Source: Paraphysomonas bandaiensis (lineage: Eukaryota > Protista > Chrysophyceae). From it: a stretch of DNA of 64,000 bases. The position numbers were made by a program, and so were the translations under genes. Of this stretch, positions 1 through 13,649 are shown piece by piece. Under the pieces are notes generated by a model. The model worked only from the letters and a program-made list of their open reading frames with translations, was not told the origin of the DNA and did not search any database. Within the stretch, counting starts at the first letter, position 1. Every line of letters starts with the position of its first letter. Where the stretch lies: the NCBI GenBank assembly GCA_965644295.1, contig CBFFRP010000210.1:130328-194327 (forward strand). The letters are read 5' to 3'.

Positions 1-613
1 TGTATATGTTCTTATTATATATATATATTAATGCTTAAGGCTGGAGAAGTTTACTGGAGAATTCCGGGTTTGATATCCACGCTGATAGACGTGTATTGCC
101 AGATTATCCAGTAATACAGTTGTACTTATGTATTTCATTAGGTACTTATTGTTTATTGAACTGTACTTGGAAGTACGTATACAAGGCTTCAACTACAATG
201 AGAATACTGAATGTATCTTCCCTTATGCATTGATGATGAATCAGTTGTGATCAGGCTGAGCTATTAGTAATGTATATGGATGAAGGTCATTCCTGGAGGC
301 CTTCCTCTGGCCTGGGAATCATATGTATATATTGATTGTTGATAATAAGATGCAATTTCTGTACTCTGGAAGTTGCTTGTAGATAGTATTGTAGTTGTAG
401 TCATATTCATTGTTAGTTATCTATTAGTACCATGGAGGGAGAACCTAAAATGGAGGTTCATGACTCTAGTCTGTCTCATTTAGCTCTGAGAAGGATCAGA
501 GCAATGATTATTGAAGAACAACAGTCGATATCGAGTGCTGATCAGCAGCGCGTCAGAGATATTGGACTCGTTATTGGTTTAGTTGAGCCAGGGTCAGAGA
601 CGCTGGTATCACA
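1..613 (+). mobile_element. Distal part of an LTR (solo or 3' LTR, cut by the window edge) from a sister family of the SET-bearing gypsy element
   Basis: About 36-120 is near-identical to about 53352-53435 (aaggctggagaagtttactggagaattccggg...). ORF 432.. encodes a homologue of the gag N-terminus (RDIGLVIGLVEPGSETLVSQ vs RDIGLAFGLSEIESETLVSQ). Similarity ends at CA 612-613, the equivalent of the LTR end. Confidence 0.8.
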
Positions 614-1801
614 GTGTATAGTCAATGTAGTGTGTGCATAAGACTTTCTTCCATTGATGAAGGAGTAGAGGTCACAGATTTCAGCACTGTAATAACTTCG
701 GGGTTCGTGTTCAGGGTGTAGGGTGACAGAGTACTCGGCTATTCTGAAGTTGTTTGCTGTCGTTGCAAGGAGTTCGTAGTTCACCTGGGACTATGGACTA
801 TATTTAGCATTCTAGTATTTGCTTTATTAAATAGCAATTCTTGAGACTGTACTGGATCATGCCACTTCTCTATGGCACTGCTTTACCTTGATGCTTCTCA
901 CTGTGTTTGGTGACATATCCTTTGTGCTCCTCGCTCTTGATGGTGTTATGTTACACCAAAACTTCAGATAGGAACTAAACACTATAAACCAGAACTCTTT
1001 TTTTTCATGGCTTTGTTATCCGTGTATTATAGAAATTTGGTAGCTTTTCTATTTCTGGTTTCTGGGCAACAGCGATTGTCCAGCAAGAATATGTTCGCGT
1101 TTGTGCTCTAGCTTGACTACATACACATGCATGCGTTTGCTGCAAATTAACGACAAATCTTGATATATGCTAAATTTCACCTAATCTTATAGTTCATTAC
1201 AGTACACCATCTAGTTCTCATTATTGCTTGCGCATGTAACAGAAAAGCAATAACTGTACCCCAATGAATGAACTGATTATTACTCAACAGCCCAATAGTA
1301 CTCCAGCTACACACTCTACTACTCTAGTCTCTAGTACCACTACTTATTACCTGACACTAGCCCGGAGTCTCTGGAGCTTAAAGCCATTTCTGATACATTA
1401 TTTCTCTTTTTACCACGACTGAGAGCATTGCTCAGTAAGTCGAGCATATCCACTACCTCACCTGCATGGTCTTCTTTTTCCATTTCAAACACGGTTTCAT
1501 GCTGTAAATCAGCACATGAATCAACGACCTACTCGGACTGAACTTTCACTGCGCATTTCAAATGCTTTTCTCCCCTCCAATCTAATAGGCATTCTGCTTG
1601 CTTGCGTCATCTTCAATAACCTCGAGACATACACTCTCCGCTTTTCTACAGGTCACGGGAACCCACTTGTCACGCTCATTTTGTCGATAATGAGGCATAA
1701 ACCTTCACAATAGCTCTCCCGCATAGTAATGAAGCTTGCTATACGAACTCACAGTTAATAATGGCACGTTTCACTGTGTATTCGCTCTCTCAAATTCCTT
1801 C

Positions 1802-1962
1802 TGTGGGAATAAGTCGATCCAGCGGAATATGTCGATCCAGCAAAAAAATCGACCTTTTTTCGTTATTTCTCTGAAATATATTCGTCAAAAAACAACATGC
1901 ATAAAAAAAGCCTGGATTTTTTTGCTGGATCGACATATTCTGCTGGATCTTATATTCCCACA
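1802..1962. mobile_element. MITE-like element with terminal inverted repeats
   Basis: tgtgggaata...tattcccaca ends and internal inverted gtcgatccagc/gctggatcgac motifs. A truncated second copy lies at about 45284-45391. Confidence 0.6.
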
Positions 1963-2877
1963 CACAGAATTGTTGCCTTATTGGAATTCCAAGACATCAC
2001 TATCTGAGTGCGTGGCATTCGCTACTTCAAAATTGAAGTTGCGGTTTCTGCAGCACAACATCAAGATTTCAGCTGGATGATGGTATCTTGTTCCCTCAAA
2101 CCATCCCTATCTGCTCCTTGGAGTTCCAAAACGCTGTTCATATACCAGTGCCTGCCCATACTTCAATGTTCTGTTCGACGTCACACTTTAGTCAGCCGCA
2201 TTTGCGATTACTATACAATCACAACTTCACTGCAATCAAGTCAGAGTTATCATCACGACTAAGATTCGTGTCCTCACAGTGAGTGTTGCCTGGAGTGATA
2301 CTTCTTTATTGGCATGCTCCATTTCTGATTGGCTTCTGCGGTATGTTTTTTTGGACAAGACGATGAAAAACGACGCTTTTGTTCTCGTTAGCGCGAAGGG
2401 CATCCCAGTAGAGCTCATAGAACTCCCATACATACACTCGTATCCAGAATATACTCCAGAGCGCAAGTAAAACTCCCTTGCCTGACAATCCTGGAGTTTT
2501 ACTTGCGCTCTGGAGCTTGAGGAAGATTTTACTCCCTTGCCTGACGATCCTGCAGAGTGTTCGATCATGGAAGACCGCAGTCCTGATCCCTTCTATCAGA
2601 CATTGCATGCTCTTACTTGTCCAGATACACTGGATGAAATGATTCGTTACTAATATTCGCCGCAAGGGAATGGATACTTTAAACGAGCAGCAGCATGTGG
2701 CAGCTCGAACAGCCGAACTGGAGACATCACGGTATCATGACCAGCTCACTGAAACCAATTCATTTCCGTCGGCTGACTTAACACTGCTTCCTGCATCGTT
2801 TGTTTCTACTTATTTAGTAATATTTTTTGCTATCTGTTCCTTAGTCTTAGTTTGTTTCATTTTTACCATTAACTAAC

Positions 2878-3155
2878 ATTCGATACAACGTAACTTTTAC
2901 TTACATAACCTTTCGACACTTAGTAACACTTACTTCTATTCACACTTAGTAACAACTTAGTAACACTATATTCGATACAACGTAACTTTTACTTACATAA
3001 CCTTTCGACACTTAGTAACACTTACTTCTATTCACACTTAGTAACAACTTAGTAACACTATATTCGATACAACGTAACTTTTACTTACATAACCTTTCGA
3101 CACTTAGTAACACTTACTTCTATTCACACTTAGTAACAACTTAGTAACACTATAT
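2878..3155. repeat. 92-bp tandem repeat (3 units)
   Basis: cgatacaacgtaac recurs at 2881, 2973 and 3065. Confidence 0.9.
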
Positions 3156-3594
3156 TAGTTGTCTAGCTACTAACAGGTGGCTATTGCTACTAATAAGGCT
3201 TTAAAATGTATTAATATAGTTACGATGTGCTGTTGTCATTTATATTTATTTCAGTCTATTTCTAAGTATTTCAATTTTCCGAGTGTTTTGTTTTTAAGTA
3301 TTTCGTGCAGGGATATAGGGAAAAATATATTGCAATACTATTGTTAGATTGCGTTCCATCAATAGTACTGATGGAGTTTTTAAAGCGGCCTTACAATACT
3401 ATTGCAATAAATTAGTATGACTAATCAGTAAGTAAACACATCCGTAGTTTCCATTTTTAGTACTTCTCATTATAAGTTCTAAGAAGGTCACTTGATAATT
3501 GATAATCAACCCACTATATTCTTAACTAATTAAAAGTTTCCTCATACTCATCCTCTGAACTCTAAGCCATCATCAGTGATATCATCGCCATATT

Positions 3595-3816
3595 CATACA
3601 TACATACATACATACATACATACATACATACATACATACATACATACATACATACATACATACATACATACATACATACATACATACATACATACATACA
3701 TACATACATACATACATACATACATACATACATACATACATACATACATACATACATACATACATACATACATACATACATACATACATACATACATACA
3801 TACATACATACATACA

Positions 3817-3846
<30 letters not shown>
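3595..3846. repeat. (ACAT)n microsatellite
   Basis: About 250 bp of perfect tetranucleotide repeat. Confidence 0.98.
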
Positions 3847-3847
<1 letters not shown>

Positions 3848-3980
3848 GGATATACCGCAAAGTACATGGTTATACACACAAAATCTCCACTCTCTGTTCG
3901 CATACATACACATACGTATCAAGCATCAGTGGTATCCGAGTCACTAATTCTCCATAAAAAAGTGATATCAACCCTTAAAC

Positions 3981-4220
3981 ATGGCATCGTTCGGTAAAGG
4001 TGATGTAGTTATTATTGGGGCTGGTTTGGTGGGGTCGCTATTAGCATATTTACTCCAGAAGAAGGGCTTCAGAGTGTCTGTGTTTGAGAGGTATCAGGAT
4101 ATCAGACAGATCCCCAGTCTCGGCAGGTCCATTAATTTAGTTATTACTAAACGTGGTCTGAGGGCTGTGGATTGTTTTGGTGAGGAAGGATTACGTGATG
4201 AAATACTCGCCTTAGCTGGC
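3981..4220 (+). pseudogene. 5' fragment of a kynurenine 3-monooxygenase-like FAD monooxygenase, truncated by the 92-bp repeat
   Basis: Rossmann motif IIGAGLVG and KMO-type GRSINL motif. The sequence switches to the 92-bp repeat at about 4221. Confidence 0.75.
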
Positions 4221-4893
4221 GACACTTACTTCTATTCACACTTAGTAACAACATAGTAACACTATATTCGATACAACGTAACTTTTACTTACATAACCTT
4301 TCGACACTTAGTAACACTTACTTCTATTCACACTTAGTAACAACTTAGTAACACTATATTCGATACAACGTAACTTTTACTTACATAACCTTTCGACACT
4401 TAGTAACACTTACTTCTATTCACACTTAGTAACAACTTAGTAACACTATATTAGTTGTCTAGCTACTAACAGGTGGCTATTGCTACTAATAAGGCTTTAA
4501 AATGTATTAATATAGTTACGATGTGCTGTTGTCATTTATATTTATTTCAGTCTATTTCTAAGTATTTCAATTTTCCGAGTGTTTTGTTTTTAAGTATTTC
4601 GTGCAGGGATATAGGGAAAAATATATTGCAATACTATTGTTAGATTGCGTTCCATCAATAGTACTGATGGAGTTTTTAAAGCGGCCTTACAATACTATTG
4701 CAATAAATTAGTATGACTAATCAGTAAGTAAACACATCCGTAGTTTCCATTTTTAGTACTTCTCATTATAAGTTCTAAGAAGGTCACTTGATAATTGATA
4801 ATCAACCCACTATATTCTTAACTAATTAAAAGTTTCCTCATACTCATCCTCTGAACTCTAAGCCATCATCAGTGATATCATCGCCATATTCAT
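4221..4893. repeat. Direct duplicate of about 2925-3597 (92-bp array plus left end of the hAT element)
   Basis: Near-identical by eye through ...atcatcgccatattcat. Repeat units start at 4269 and 4361. Confidence 0.9.
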
Positions 4894-6481
4894 CCAATAT
4901 TAATTGTATATGCTTACATTCGGCCACAACTGTTTGTTAGCTTTCAGAAACAACAGCATATTAAGTGTAGTAGGATGCATACGCTAACAGCACCTTTCTC
5001 AGATCTTGTCAATTCAAATTCTTCGCCTGCCAAATTCCATTCTCAAAATTCGGATCATTAACAATGAAACTGTTTTTCTTTAAAGCAGATAGTAGATACT
5101 TTGCCCCGAAGTCCCTCAATAAGACACCAAAAATGTCCGGGCATTTATAAAGATTCACTTGACTCGATCCTCCTGTTTGTCAACCAAACTCCAAAAACAG
5201 CGGTAAATGTCCCTACTTTTGTATGAATTCATGGTTCAGAGTTCAGATGTCTCTTCTTTTCACTAAATATGACAGGGCTGCGTAACAATTAATTGCATAT
5301 ACATTGTATATGTTATTTTGCAATTAAATTGCAATTATTAGCTATATATCTCGCGCAATTATAATAGCAATTTAATTGTGCCAATTATTGTCTAATTAAT
5401 TGCGATTTTTGACATTTTCTCTGCATTCCCTTTTCTGACGGCCATCATCAAAGTCCTCAAGTTGAGTAAAGAACACCCTTGAAATGGATTCTGGTGTTAA
5501 GTTGTCAGACATTTCTAGTTAATGATACACACATATTGTAAATTATGATTATATAATCGAGTATAATATACTGCATATATTACATGACCAAAAACTTTAA
5601 ACATCAAGTATTTCAACTGCATAAAACAGAAAAATTCCTGATAATCCATGTCCATACATCTGCACATCAGTTAGCAGTGCACTTTAATCCTGCAGTGTCT
5701 TGTAAGGCAGGCCAGGATCGGAAGTACATGATTGCCAAATTACTTATAGATAGATATCTTCAACAAGAACGGTAATACGCTATGGATCGAGCTGAACTTA
5801 GTCTTGTTGCTCAAGGTCAAGAGGAAAGACACATAATCGACCGTACAAAGAACACAGTACTTCTCTTAATGTAAAGATGTTTATAATGAGAGGGCAACCT
5901 CTTCCCACCATTTGAATAGCTGTTATAATAGCCATTAAGGGTGATGGCCATTACAAGGGCAATAAATGGCTATTGACCTTATTGATTTCCAAGTTATCAT
6001 TCTAATATTATGTCCTAGTACATATAGCAAATAATTGCCAATTAATTGCAACATTCCAGCAAGCAATTATAATTGCAGTTATTATGTATGTTCCATGCAA
6101 TGGAATTGCAATTAATTGTAATTGCAATTCAATTGGTGATTGTTACGCAGCCCTGCTATATGATATATATATCATATTAAGAGAATTACTGTACATGTGT
6201 AGAGGTGTCTAATATATTGTTTGAGCTAGCGATCATAATAGAAAATAACATCAAAAAAAGGCTTTTTTCTTATTTTCCGGATATTTAAGCACATAGGCGT
6301 ATATTTTGCACCCAACAGTTGAGAATCTTTCTGTATATGACTGTCATAATATTGATTGCAATATACTGCAATATATTGTGAGCCACTTCAACAGAAACAA
6401 CATTGACGGAATATTTGACCAGTCCACCTATCAATATATTGTACAATGTATTGCAATACAATATATTGTTCCCTATCCTTG
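4604..6481. mobile_element. Non-autonomous hAT-like DNA transposon
   Basis: Imperfect TIR (cagggatatagggaaaaatatattg / caatatattgttccctatccttg) and a perfect 8-bp TSD ATTTCGTG at 4596-4603 and 6482-6489. Confidence 0.8.
5273..6155. mobile_element. hAT-like MITE nested in the previous element
   Basis: 17-bp TIR cagggctgcgtaacaat / attgttacgcagccctg, subterminal caattaattgc-type repeats, and a degenerate 8-bp TSD (aaatatga / ctatatga). Confidence 0.8.
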
Positions 6482-7092
6482 ATTTCGTGAAATATTTTTC
6501 ATTAAATTGATTAAATACTAGCAAGTTATATGTTTATAGGTGTCACACATTGGTTAATTAATTGTCTTCTTCCCAATCAAAATCTTCCATCTCGTCGTGA
6601 CACTAATTATCATCACCTTTCCACTCCTCAAAGGCATCCGGAGGAATCAGTTGAGCAAGTACACGCTTGGTGTCTGTTTCAATTCCATTCCATGTGATAG
6701 AAGTGTACAACTCAGAACGAACATAGAACTCAACAGTCGAAGACTTGATGCAGGATAGTTCCTTCAGAACAGATTGTCCAAGTAAGGCATGTGATCTTCA
6801 TGCAATAGTGTGATTCAGAGATGATTCAAGTTTAACAATTTCAGCGGACCCGAAACGGTTCCGGAGATCCGGAGATTCTACGATGCATTGTGTATCGTAC
6901 GAACATATGGAGAATCTCAAACTTTTAATCAGAAGTGATTCGGTATGTCCAACAATATCTTGACAAAGTTGAACTTATATGAGAATAAAAGTACAACGGA
7001 TCCATTGCTTCCGCCAATGCTAGCTATACACTGAATCAGAAGGATATTGCTGGAATAATGAATGCAGTCTCATAGGCAACAAATCCTGAGCT

Positions 7093-7236
7093 AGTCAACC
7101 AGAACTTATTTTTCGGGAATATATTGAAGCAAATATCATCTATATTACCTACATAAAACTACAGCTGGAATACAGATAATTATTGTCTCAATATTAGAGG
7201 CATCTTTGAACAAAAATATACAATGGATGCCGATAT
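7093..7236 (+). repeat. Dispersed ~140-bp repeat (copy 1)
   Basis: Core ctggaatacagataattattgtctcaatattagaggcatc. Inverted copies lie at about 10675-10795, 36808-36945 and 37064-37205. Confidence 0.75.
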
Positions 7237-7663
7237 CTGTGTCGGTAGGCTGTGTCCACAGCAGCAAAAATTCCTACAAGTAGAAGTGGGAATTAGTTGT
7301 AAAAATCATGAAAAAAATTGTGAAAAAGTGTCTTTTATGTTTAATTCCATAACTTTTTGATTTTAGCAATCGAAATACTGCGGTTTTAACACAAAAAGGC
7401 TGAACATTTTGAATGTGTCTGTTAAAGATACTTCTCAGTTGTCAACACATCACTTCAGTGATGATCAGCTCATGTATGTATGTGTGTGTATGTATGTATG
7501 TATGTATGTATGTATGTATGTACCCAGACACACACACACTCTCTCTCTATGTATGTATGTATGTATGTATGGAGTGCACAGGACTGCACTGGCTATCAGC
7601 ATTATCCATATATATAACTTGCATTCCTAACAACTACAAACTTACATTCTATACAATTTACAA

Positions 7664-7966
7664 ATGGCTCAATCATTAAAGTCTGATTTGGATAAATTAG
7701 TAGACCACTCGTCTACACACAGCTATCAACAGAGCACGCAGGTGTTGGTGCAGGAGTATCAAGTTGCTGTGGAATCAAAAAAACTTCTACGTGAAGAACT
7801 CAGAGAATGTATCTTAAGAAATCATGAAAATGCGAATGAAAATTGTTATGATTTACGCGTTAAATACGTGGAATTATTGAAGGATCGCTTTGGAGGTATG
7901 GTCTTTCCACCTGGATTGGAACCGAAGAACAAGCTCCGTCCTCGTGTGAGAGCCCCTGATGAATAA
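7664..7966 (+). CDS. NDUFB10: Probable mitochondrial complex I subunit NDUFB10 (PDSW)-like protein
   Basis: 100 aa. The pattern E..V.VE..KLLREELRECI...ENANENC..L...Y.ELL matches the plant/fungal NDUFB10 two-Cys helix motif as I recall it. Confidence 0.65.
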   Translation: MAQSLKSDLDKLVDHSSTHSYQQSTQVLVQEYQVAVESKKLLREELRECILRNHENANENCYDLRVKYVELLKDRFGGMVFPPGLEPKNKLRPRVRAPDE

Positions 7967-8725
7967 TGATTTCAAGAATTTTCCTTGTAGGTGTAATTTA
8001 GTTCACTGTAGCTGCGTAAATACTGTAGCAGTTGCTCTTTGTAATAAAATGGTTTTCGATCAATATGTGGTTAGTGGTGAGTAAGCTGCTGGTCACGAGT
8101 GAAGCATATATAGCACTGTCCTCTTCCTGCAGAGTGAATTGACGGTTTGATAGAGATATGGACACAAATTTCACCGCTAGCAATAAATATCCTACCAAAA
8201 AGTTAGATTTGCCTGAACATGATAGTCTGAATAAACCACAGGCAGTTATACGAGCGATAAAGTTATCAGTATCGTACTCCTGGATAAGAAAGGAATATCA
8301 CTGCGATGAATAAGTTAAGTCTTTCTTGGGACACAACTACAAAATGCACCATTCGATTTAATAGCAGGTATCATACTATGATAGATAATGGCATAGTACT
8401 TTGTGTTGTAATAAATGCGGCTAGTATTTCACGTTGACACACTCTCTACTCTCTATCCATAGCTTTGAATTATTTCATAAAATATATATTAGGTATTAGT
8501 ATACCCACCTTTTAAGCTGCTAATTCTGTATTGCTTCTAATATAACAAGTTGTGATGTGATTTCCCTCGTACAAAACTAGAAAATTCAAAGAATACGTAA
8601 TAACATTGAAAGCAACTAAGTTATTTAATACCACAAAACGCTATAATATTAATCGCATCCAATGACGTTACCTGTAAAGCTCAGCATAACGGAATAACAT
8701 GCCACTATAGCAACATCAACGCAAT

Positions 8726-10120
8726 TTACACATGTGAAACTACTTCGTCCGATTGGCAGGTATCATGTAATCGTTTCTCACCCAGCTCTACCTGGACATC
8801 GCTCAAAACCACTCCATTGGCATCATTATTGTGTTCTGCTCGAATACTCTCTAGGTATGCCTCGATTCCCTCAAGGGAGCTTCGCTTACCAGCAGTGCTT
8901 CTACGCCTCTGACGAGCATGCTGGATAACAGACTCCATCGCCGCAGAGGCTTGATTTTGGCGCTTGCAAATTTCTTCCATTGTTAAAGTACCATCATTAT
9001 CAAGATCTAACTCGGAAAAGTACTCAGTAACAAGTTTGATTAAATCAGGCGTGGCCGCGCCAATTCGAACCATACACAAAATGATGAATTCAGCTTTGTC
9101 GATAACACCATCATCATTTGCAATATCTGTATATATCAGTTAGTTATTCCCCGACTGATAGATAATATTATCATGTGCCATCACAAAAGTGTTACACATT
9201 TAATGAAATTGTTAATCAATGAAACAACATGAATGCAAGGTCAGCTCACCGAAGTCTGTTAGCATCAGCACTTCTTTTTCCGTGACAGGTTGCTTAATCT
9301 TACGCACGGCATCATCCAGATCCCCACCATCAATAAAGAATGATGCTAATGTAGCCATTGCAATACCCATGATTGGGACACCGATGGCAGTATACAGTCC
9401 TGTCAGGCCGAAATGCCAACTGAAGATTACACTAATTTAAAAAAGTGAGTTGTACAAACCATGTCACGCACCTGTCTGCATCCGCCGGTAGCCCATAGAG
9501 TCCTCCGGTGCTAAGAGAAGATATACAGAAGTACAGGGCATTTATAAAATTAAAATCTTCATGCATGTTCCACGCGCAGGCCGTTCCCACGATTATAAAT
9601 AAGCACCAAATAATAATAGCTCTCAGTTTATGCAGATTGTATAAGCACCATATCTTGCCTCGTGCAAAATAATTTCCGCGAGAATTCTCCAGACATTGTT
9701 GATAGTCTCGTTTCATCAGTTCATTTTCGTACCAGTGAGCACGATCTTCTACAATTTTTTGCGCAAAGAAGCCGAGGGCAGCAGCAATAAAAGACGCTCC
9801 ACATAACACGTAAAATACGGAAAACCATTGGGATTTGAAATTTCCCTCTTCAGATGTAGAAGGATCTCCCCAACCTACAATACATATACATTACAATACA
9901 TAGACATATACATATGATGAATGAGTATTAGACAGCAGTTCAACTTACCAACACTATATCCCACATCAACTGCTTTATGAAATCCTTTTGCCCATCCAAC
10001 ATCAAGGGTATAGTTATAAAATGTCATCCCTGTAAATAACCACACAATCCATAACACAGCAAACAGTTTGGGCCATCCAAGTGACTTGAAATACCTTTCA
10101 GCCAATACATAAGCAATCAT
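8726..10120 (-). CDS. Two-pore-domain (TPK/KCO-like) potassium channel with C-terminal EF hands, 4 exons
   Basis: Exons at about 10120-9949, 9874-9472, 9419-9250 and 9126-8726 are joined by GT-AG introns into one frame. Pore segments are GYSVGWGD and NALYFCISSLSTGGLYG. EF-hand loops are DIANDDGVIDKAE and DLDNDGTLTMEE. The 5' end is uncertain. Confidence 0.8.
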
Positions 10121-13100
10121 ATTGTAATACAGTTACTGAATGAACTTCACAATGATAGAATTATTATCTCTAACAGTGTTATGTATTAGAATAATGAATT
10201 AGATGTGTATTATGATCTATGGATATTCAAATGGTGCAACATATGAGGGAGGGGAGACAACTGGCCTCACAGTGCTGGTGATCCCCTCGCCAGGATAGCT
10301 GCATAATCTGACCAATCATATTGTCTCAAGGAAAATTCTGCCCGCTACTGATATAAAAACTCGGGAAAATAGTATCTAGATTTAGGAATATTTGGGTTTT
10401 TAGCATGTTATTTATGGGAATATGCACGATTGTCGACAACGTGGAGCCCCTCCTTCACATCATGGGAGTCTGCCACAGATTATAAAAAGAGGGGTATTTT
10501 GCAACCTAAATTGCAAAAATGGTATAAAAATGTAATTTCAAACTATCAAAATCCCAGGTATTTCGTAATTTTACCACATCATAAATTTGATTCTATGCCA
10601 TTCTAATAGGAAAACAAAAGACAAAACCCGGGATTTCCATGTCATCAGTCGAAAAGTCCATGTCGGCATCCTGTGTATATTTTTGTTCACATATGCCTCT
10701 AATATTGAGACAACAATTGTGTGTCATACAGCCGTAGTTGTATGTAAGTAATATAGGGTAAATTTACTTCAATATATTTCCGAAATATATGATGCGGTCA
10801 TACATACACACTGCACTCTCATATAGCAGTGTAAGTGTGTGAGCAAGTGACAACACTCACCTTCACAATCTTCAGCCCCAGCCTGGTCGTCAATAAACAT
10901 ACACTTTCATCTCTTTAATTTTGCCATCATGTTCATACAATCCATGAGTTGAAATGACTTGTGATCTATGTTGTCATATCAAGCTTAGACCTGACCTACA
11001 CTCCGTGTCGAGCAATGCCCCAGTGTTGGAGATAGCGGATGAGGTAATTATGAAAACAAGACAATAGCGTGTGTTACCTTGTAAGTGTATGCCAGTAAAC
11101 ACTTACAACACTGGCTTTATAACACTGGAATTTAAGCAGTTCAGTATTGATTCGGATTGTCTTGTAAAGGAGGAGTGCATGCGGGATGACAGATGTCGTA
11201 GATAGGACGTACGTTTATGTTCCAGCAACAGAGAAGAGTGCAAGTGGGTAGTCCACTTGACCGAATACCAGTTTGTTACTGTGCCTGCCATAGAAAGATT
11301 CAAGAGGGCCATCTAATAACAATACATTTCAAGAGCAAGAAGATGCACCTCTGCTGTCACAAGAATTACTTACCCGAGCCTTCAAACCTCGTGGTACGAC
11401 CAGGTCATGGGTTCAGAGAAGCAGAAGGTGAAATACTGGAAGAACATGGACATTGGATTCCGGTATGTGAAATGCCCTGCTGCCGATGAGTACGGTTCCC
11501 TCCTGTCCCCTTTACTGCCTTTGCTGCATCTACGGTGGAACCTCTGAGTCTTCAGAGAACACAGAATACGAGCGCAGAGGCAAGTCTAAATAGGAAGGTA
11601 TCCATCACCTACTGTCGCTGCCTATGCTGTAGCTAGTTTGCTTGTAGTGATATCGATCAAACGCGCAACTTGATAAATCTGATTCTAATGTCATAGCAAA
11701 GTAACAATAATAAAGCCTACATTACCACTAAACTCAGCTCAATAATTAGCTGCATATTATGAGAGCCGCTGAGTCAATGAAGTCACCCTCAGGAGGACTT
11801 TCCTCTCCTTGGGTCACATGATAGTATAGAGCAGTGTACATACCATGTAGTTAGGAATACAGTGTGTAGGGGAAATGTGATCAGCCCCCCCAAAACGTAC
11901 ACGAAAAAGTATCGCAAAATATACAGTTGGCGCAGAAACGCTAAACCGAATTACAAATTATTTAAATATTTATTATCTAATCAACTAGTGATAAATATTA
12001 TCAGTATTATTAACTGTGAATTGTTTATTATTGCTTATTGCCCCATTCCGGGGGGTGGCCATAGTGTAGGCTGGCTGGTGCACCACCTAAAACACCGAGA
12101 TATAGCACTGATTCTACTACCCACCCACCCGTGTACCAACTTAGCTGACCACATAGATCACGCGCAGATTCTGTTGCTCCCCCCACGTGTGTTAACCTTT
12201 GCTGAGATTACGCGGGATTTCTCATAACTATGCATGACTTTTATATATGTAATTCGCGCAGATTCTAGTAGGACCTTCCCATTATTATCTAACAAAGAAT
12301 ACGCGGGACTTCTCGTGACCATGCATGACTTCACTAGGATACGCTCTCAGAATGGGGTAATACATACAAACATTATAAGAATGTCTGATTATTACATGAG
12401 AGCGGTCGTGTACAGAAACTAGTTTTACATCTATAGACTAACTAATAACTGGACTTGCTATATACTACTAGTGGCGGGCAACCGTCTCGGTAATGCTTGT
12501 GCATCGCTGCGAGCACCATGGTGCAACCGTCCCTTGTAGTGAAGTTAGTCGGGGGGTCTACCTTTCGGCAATGTGTCTGGCGGGCCTGTGCCATGGGCGA
12601 GATGTAGATGAAAGTGTAAGTCGGTGATGGAGATGGTGCTGGTTGTCGAGGTGGGGTTTCGGCCACAAGTAAGGATGCGTTGGTTCCGGAATGGTTGCGC
12701 TTGCCTCTGTCGGGTTCGGACTCTTGTAGAGGATAGAATTTTAGGGGTGGATGTCGCCTGGAGTAGCTGGAGTATTTTTGGTGTCGGGTGAGTATCCTGG
12801 GACTGGCGTTGCTGTGAGTGTGTCGGTGTCGTGACCGGAGTTACTGGTGTTGTGGTGTCTGAGTCCCCTATTTCGAAGCATGCGGAGCCCGCAATACATA
12901 CATACTCACAACAACGGAAGTGGTTGCTTGCGGCGACGCATGAGCAACTTTCGTAGCGTTATAATATATAATAGTAAGATGAATCCTAATAAGCCCTAAA
13001 AGCCGTATATAATGGACTATTGCTTCTCTGTTTGGTTAACATCCCAATGGTCAACTTCAGGAGTTATGACACAATTGGATGATTTACTAAGTTAACTGGA

Positions 13101-13649
13101 CGTTTATTTACTCATTAATAATGTTAAGATTATAGAAAAATGTAATAAACAAAATAAACAATAAACAATATAATATCGTGTTATCTCTACTACGCACCCT
13201 CATTCTTACATTATAGTCACTATCTTCTTGTATGGTCAATATATACTCCGTTCTCATTACTTCTCATAATACAGTTAACCACTACAGTATTTTTGAGTAA
13301 CCGTCATAAGTCCAATATCTTAGAATTACAGCTTTTAATTGCTTCAACAGCTTCAACTCGCTACAAGTACGTACGTAGGAGTTGGTTGTAGCTTAATATA
13401 AATTAGAAAATTAGCATAGCATTCATCAGACAGTTGTTTATTCTGTATCTCCCTGTATGTAATACACTGGATTTGGATTTAAAAAATGCTCTCTTTATCC
13501 ATATATACAAAATAGCCATGAGATTGTTATTACTTCCTGTCTGATTTAGAATAATAGACACCTCCTAAAAAATAGGCCATAATGCATAAGATGAATAAAT
13601 ACATTCAAAACATCCAAGCATCAGAGTGGCATATCCTTCAAAAACGTGG

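Noticed and set aside
2878-3155. Possible CRISPR-like array
   Set aside because: The 92-bp units are identical end to end with no unique spacers, the context is eukaryotic, and no cas genes are present.
3548-3947. Four ORFs with MYVC/YIHT repeats
   Set aside because: They are translations of the (ACAT)n microsatellite.
11217-11489. Cys/His-rich 90-aa ORF
   Set aside because: No recognisable motif or gene structure, so it cannot be supported as a CDS.
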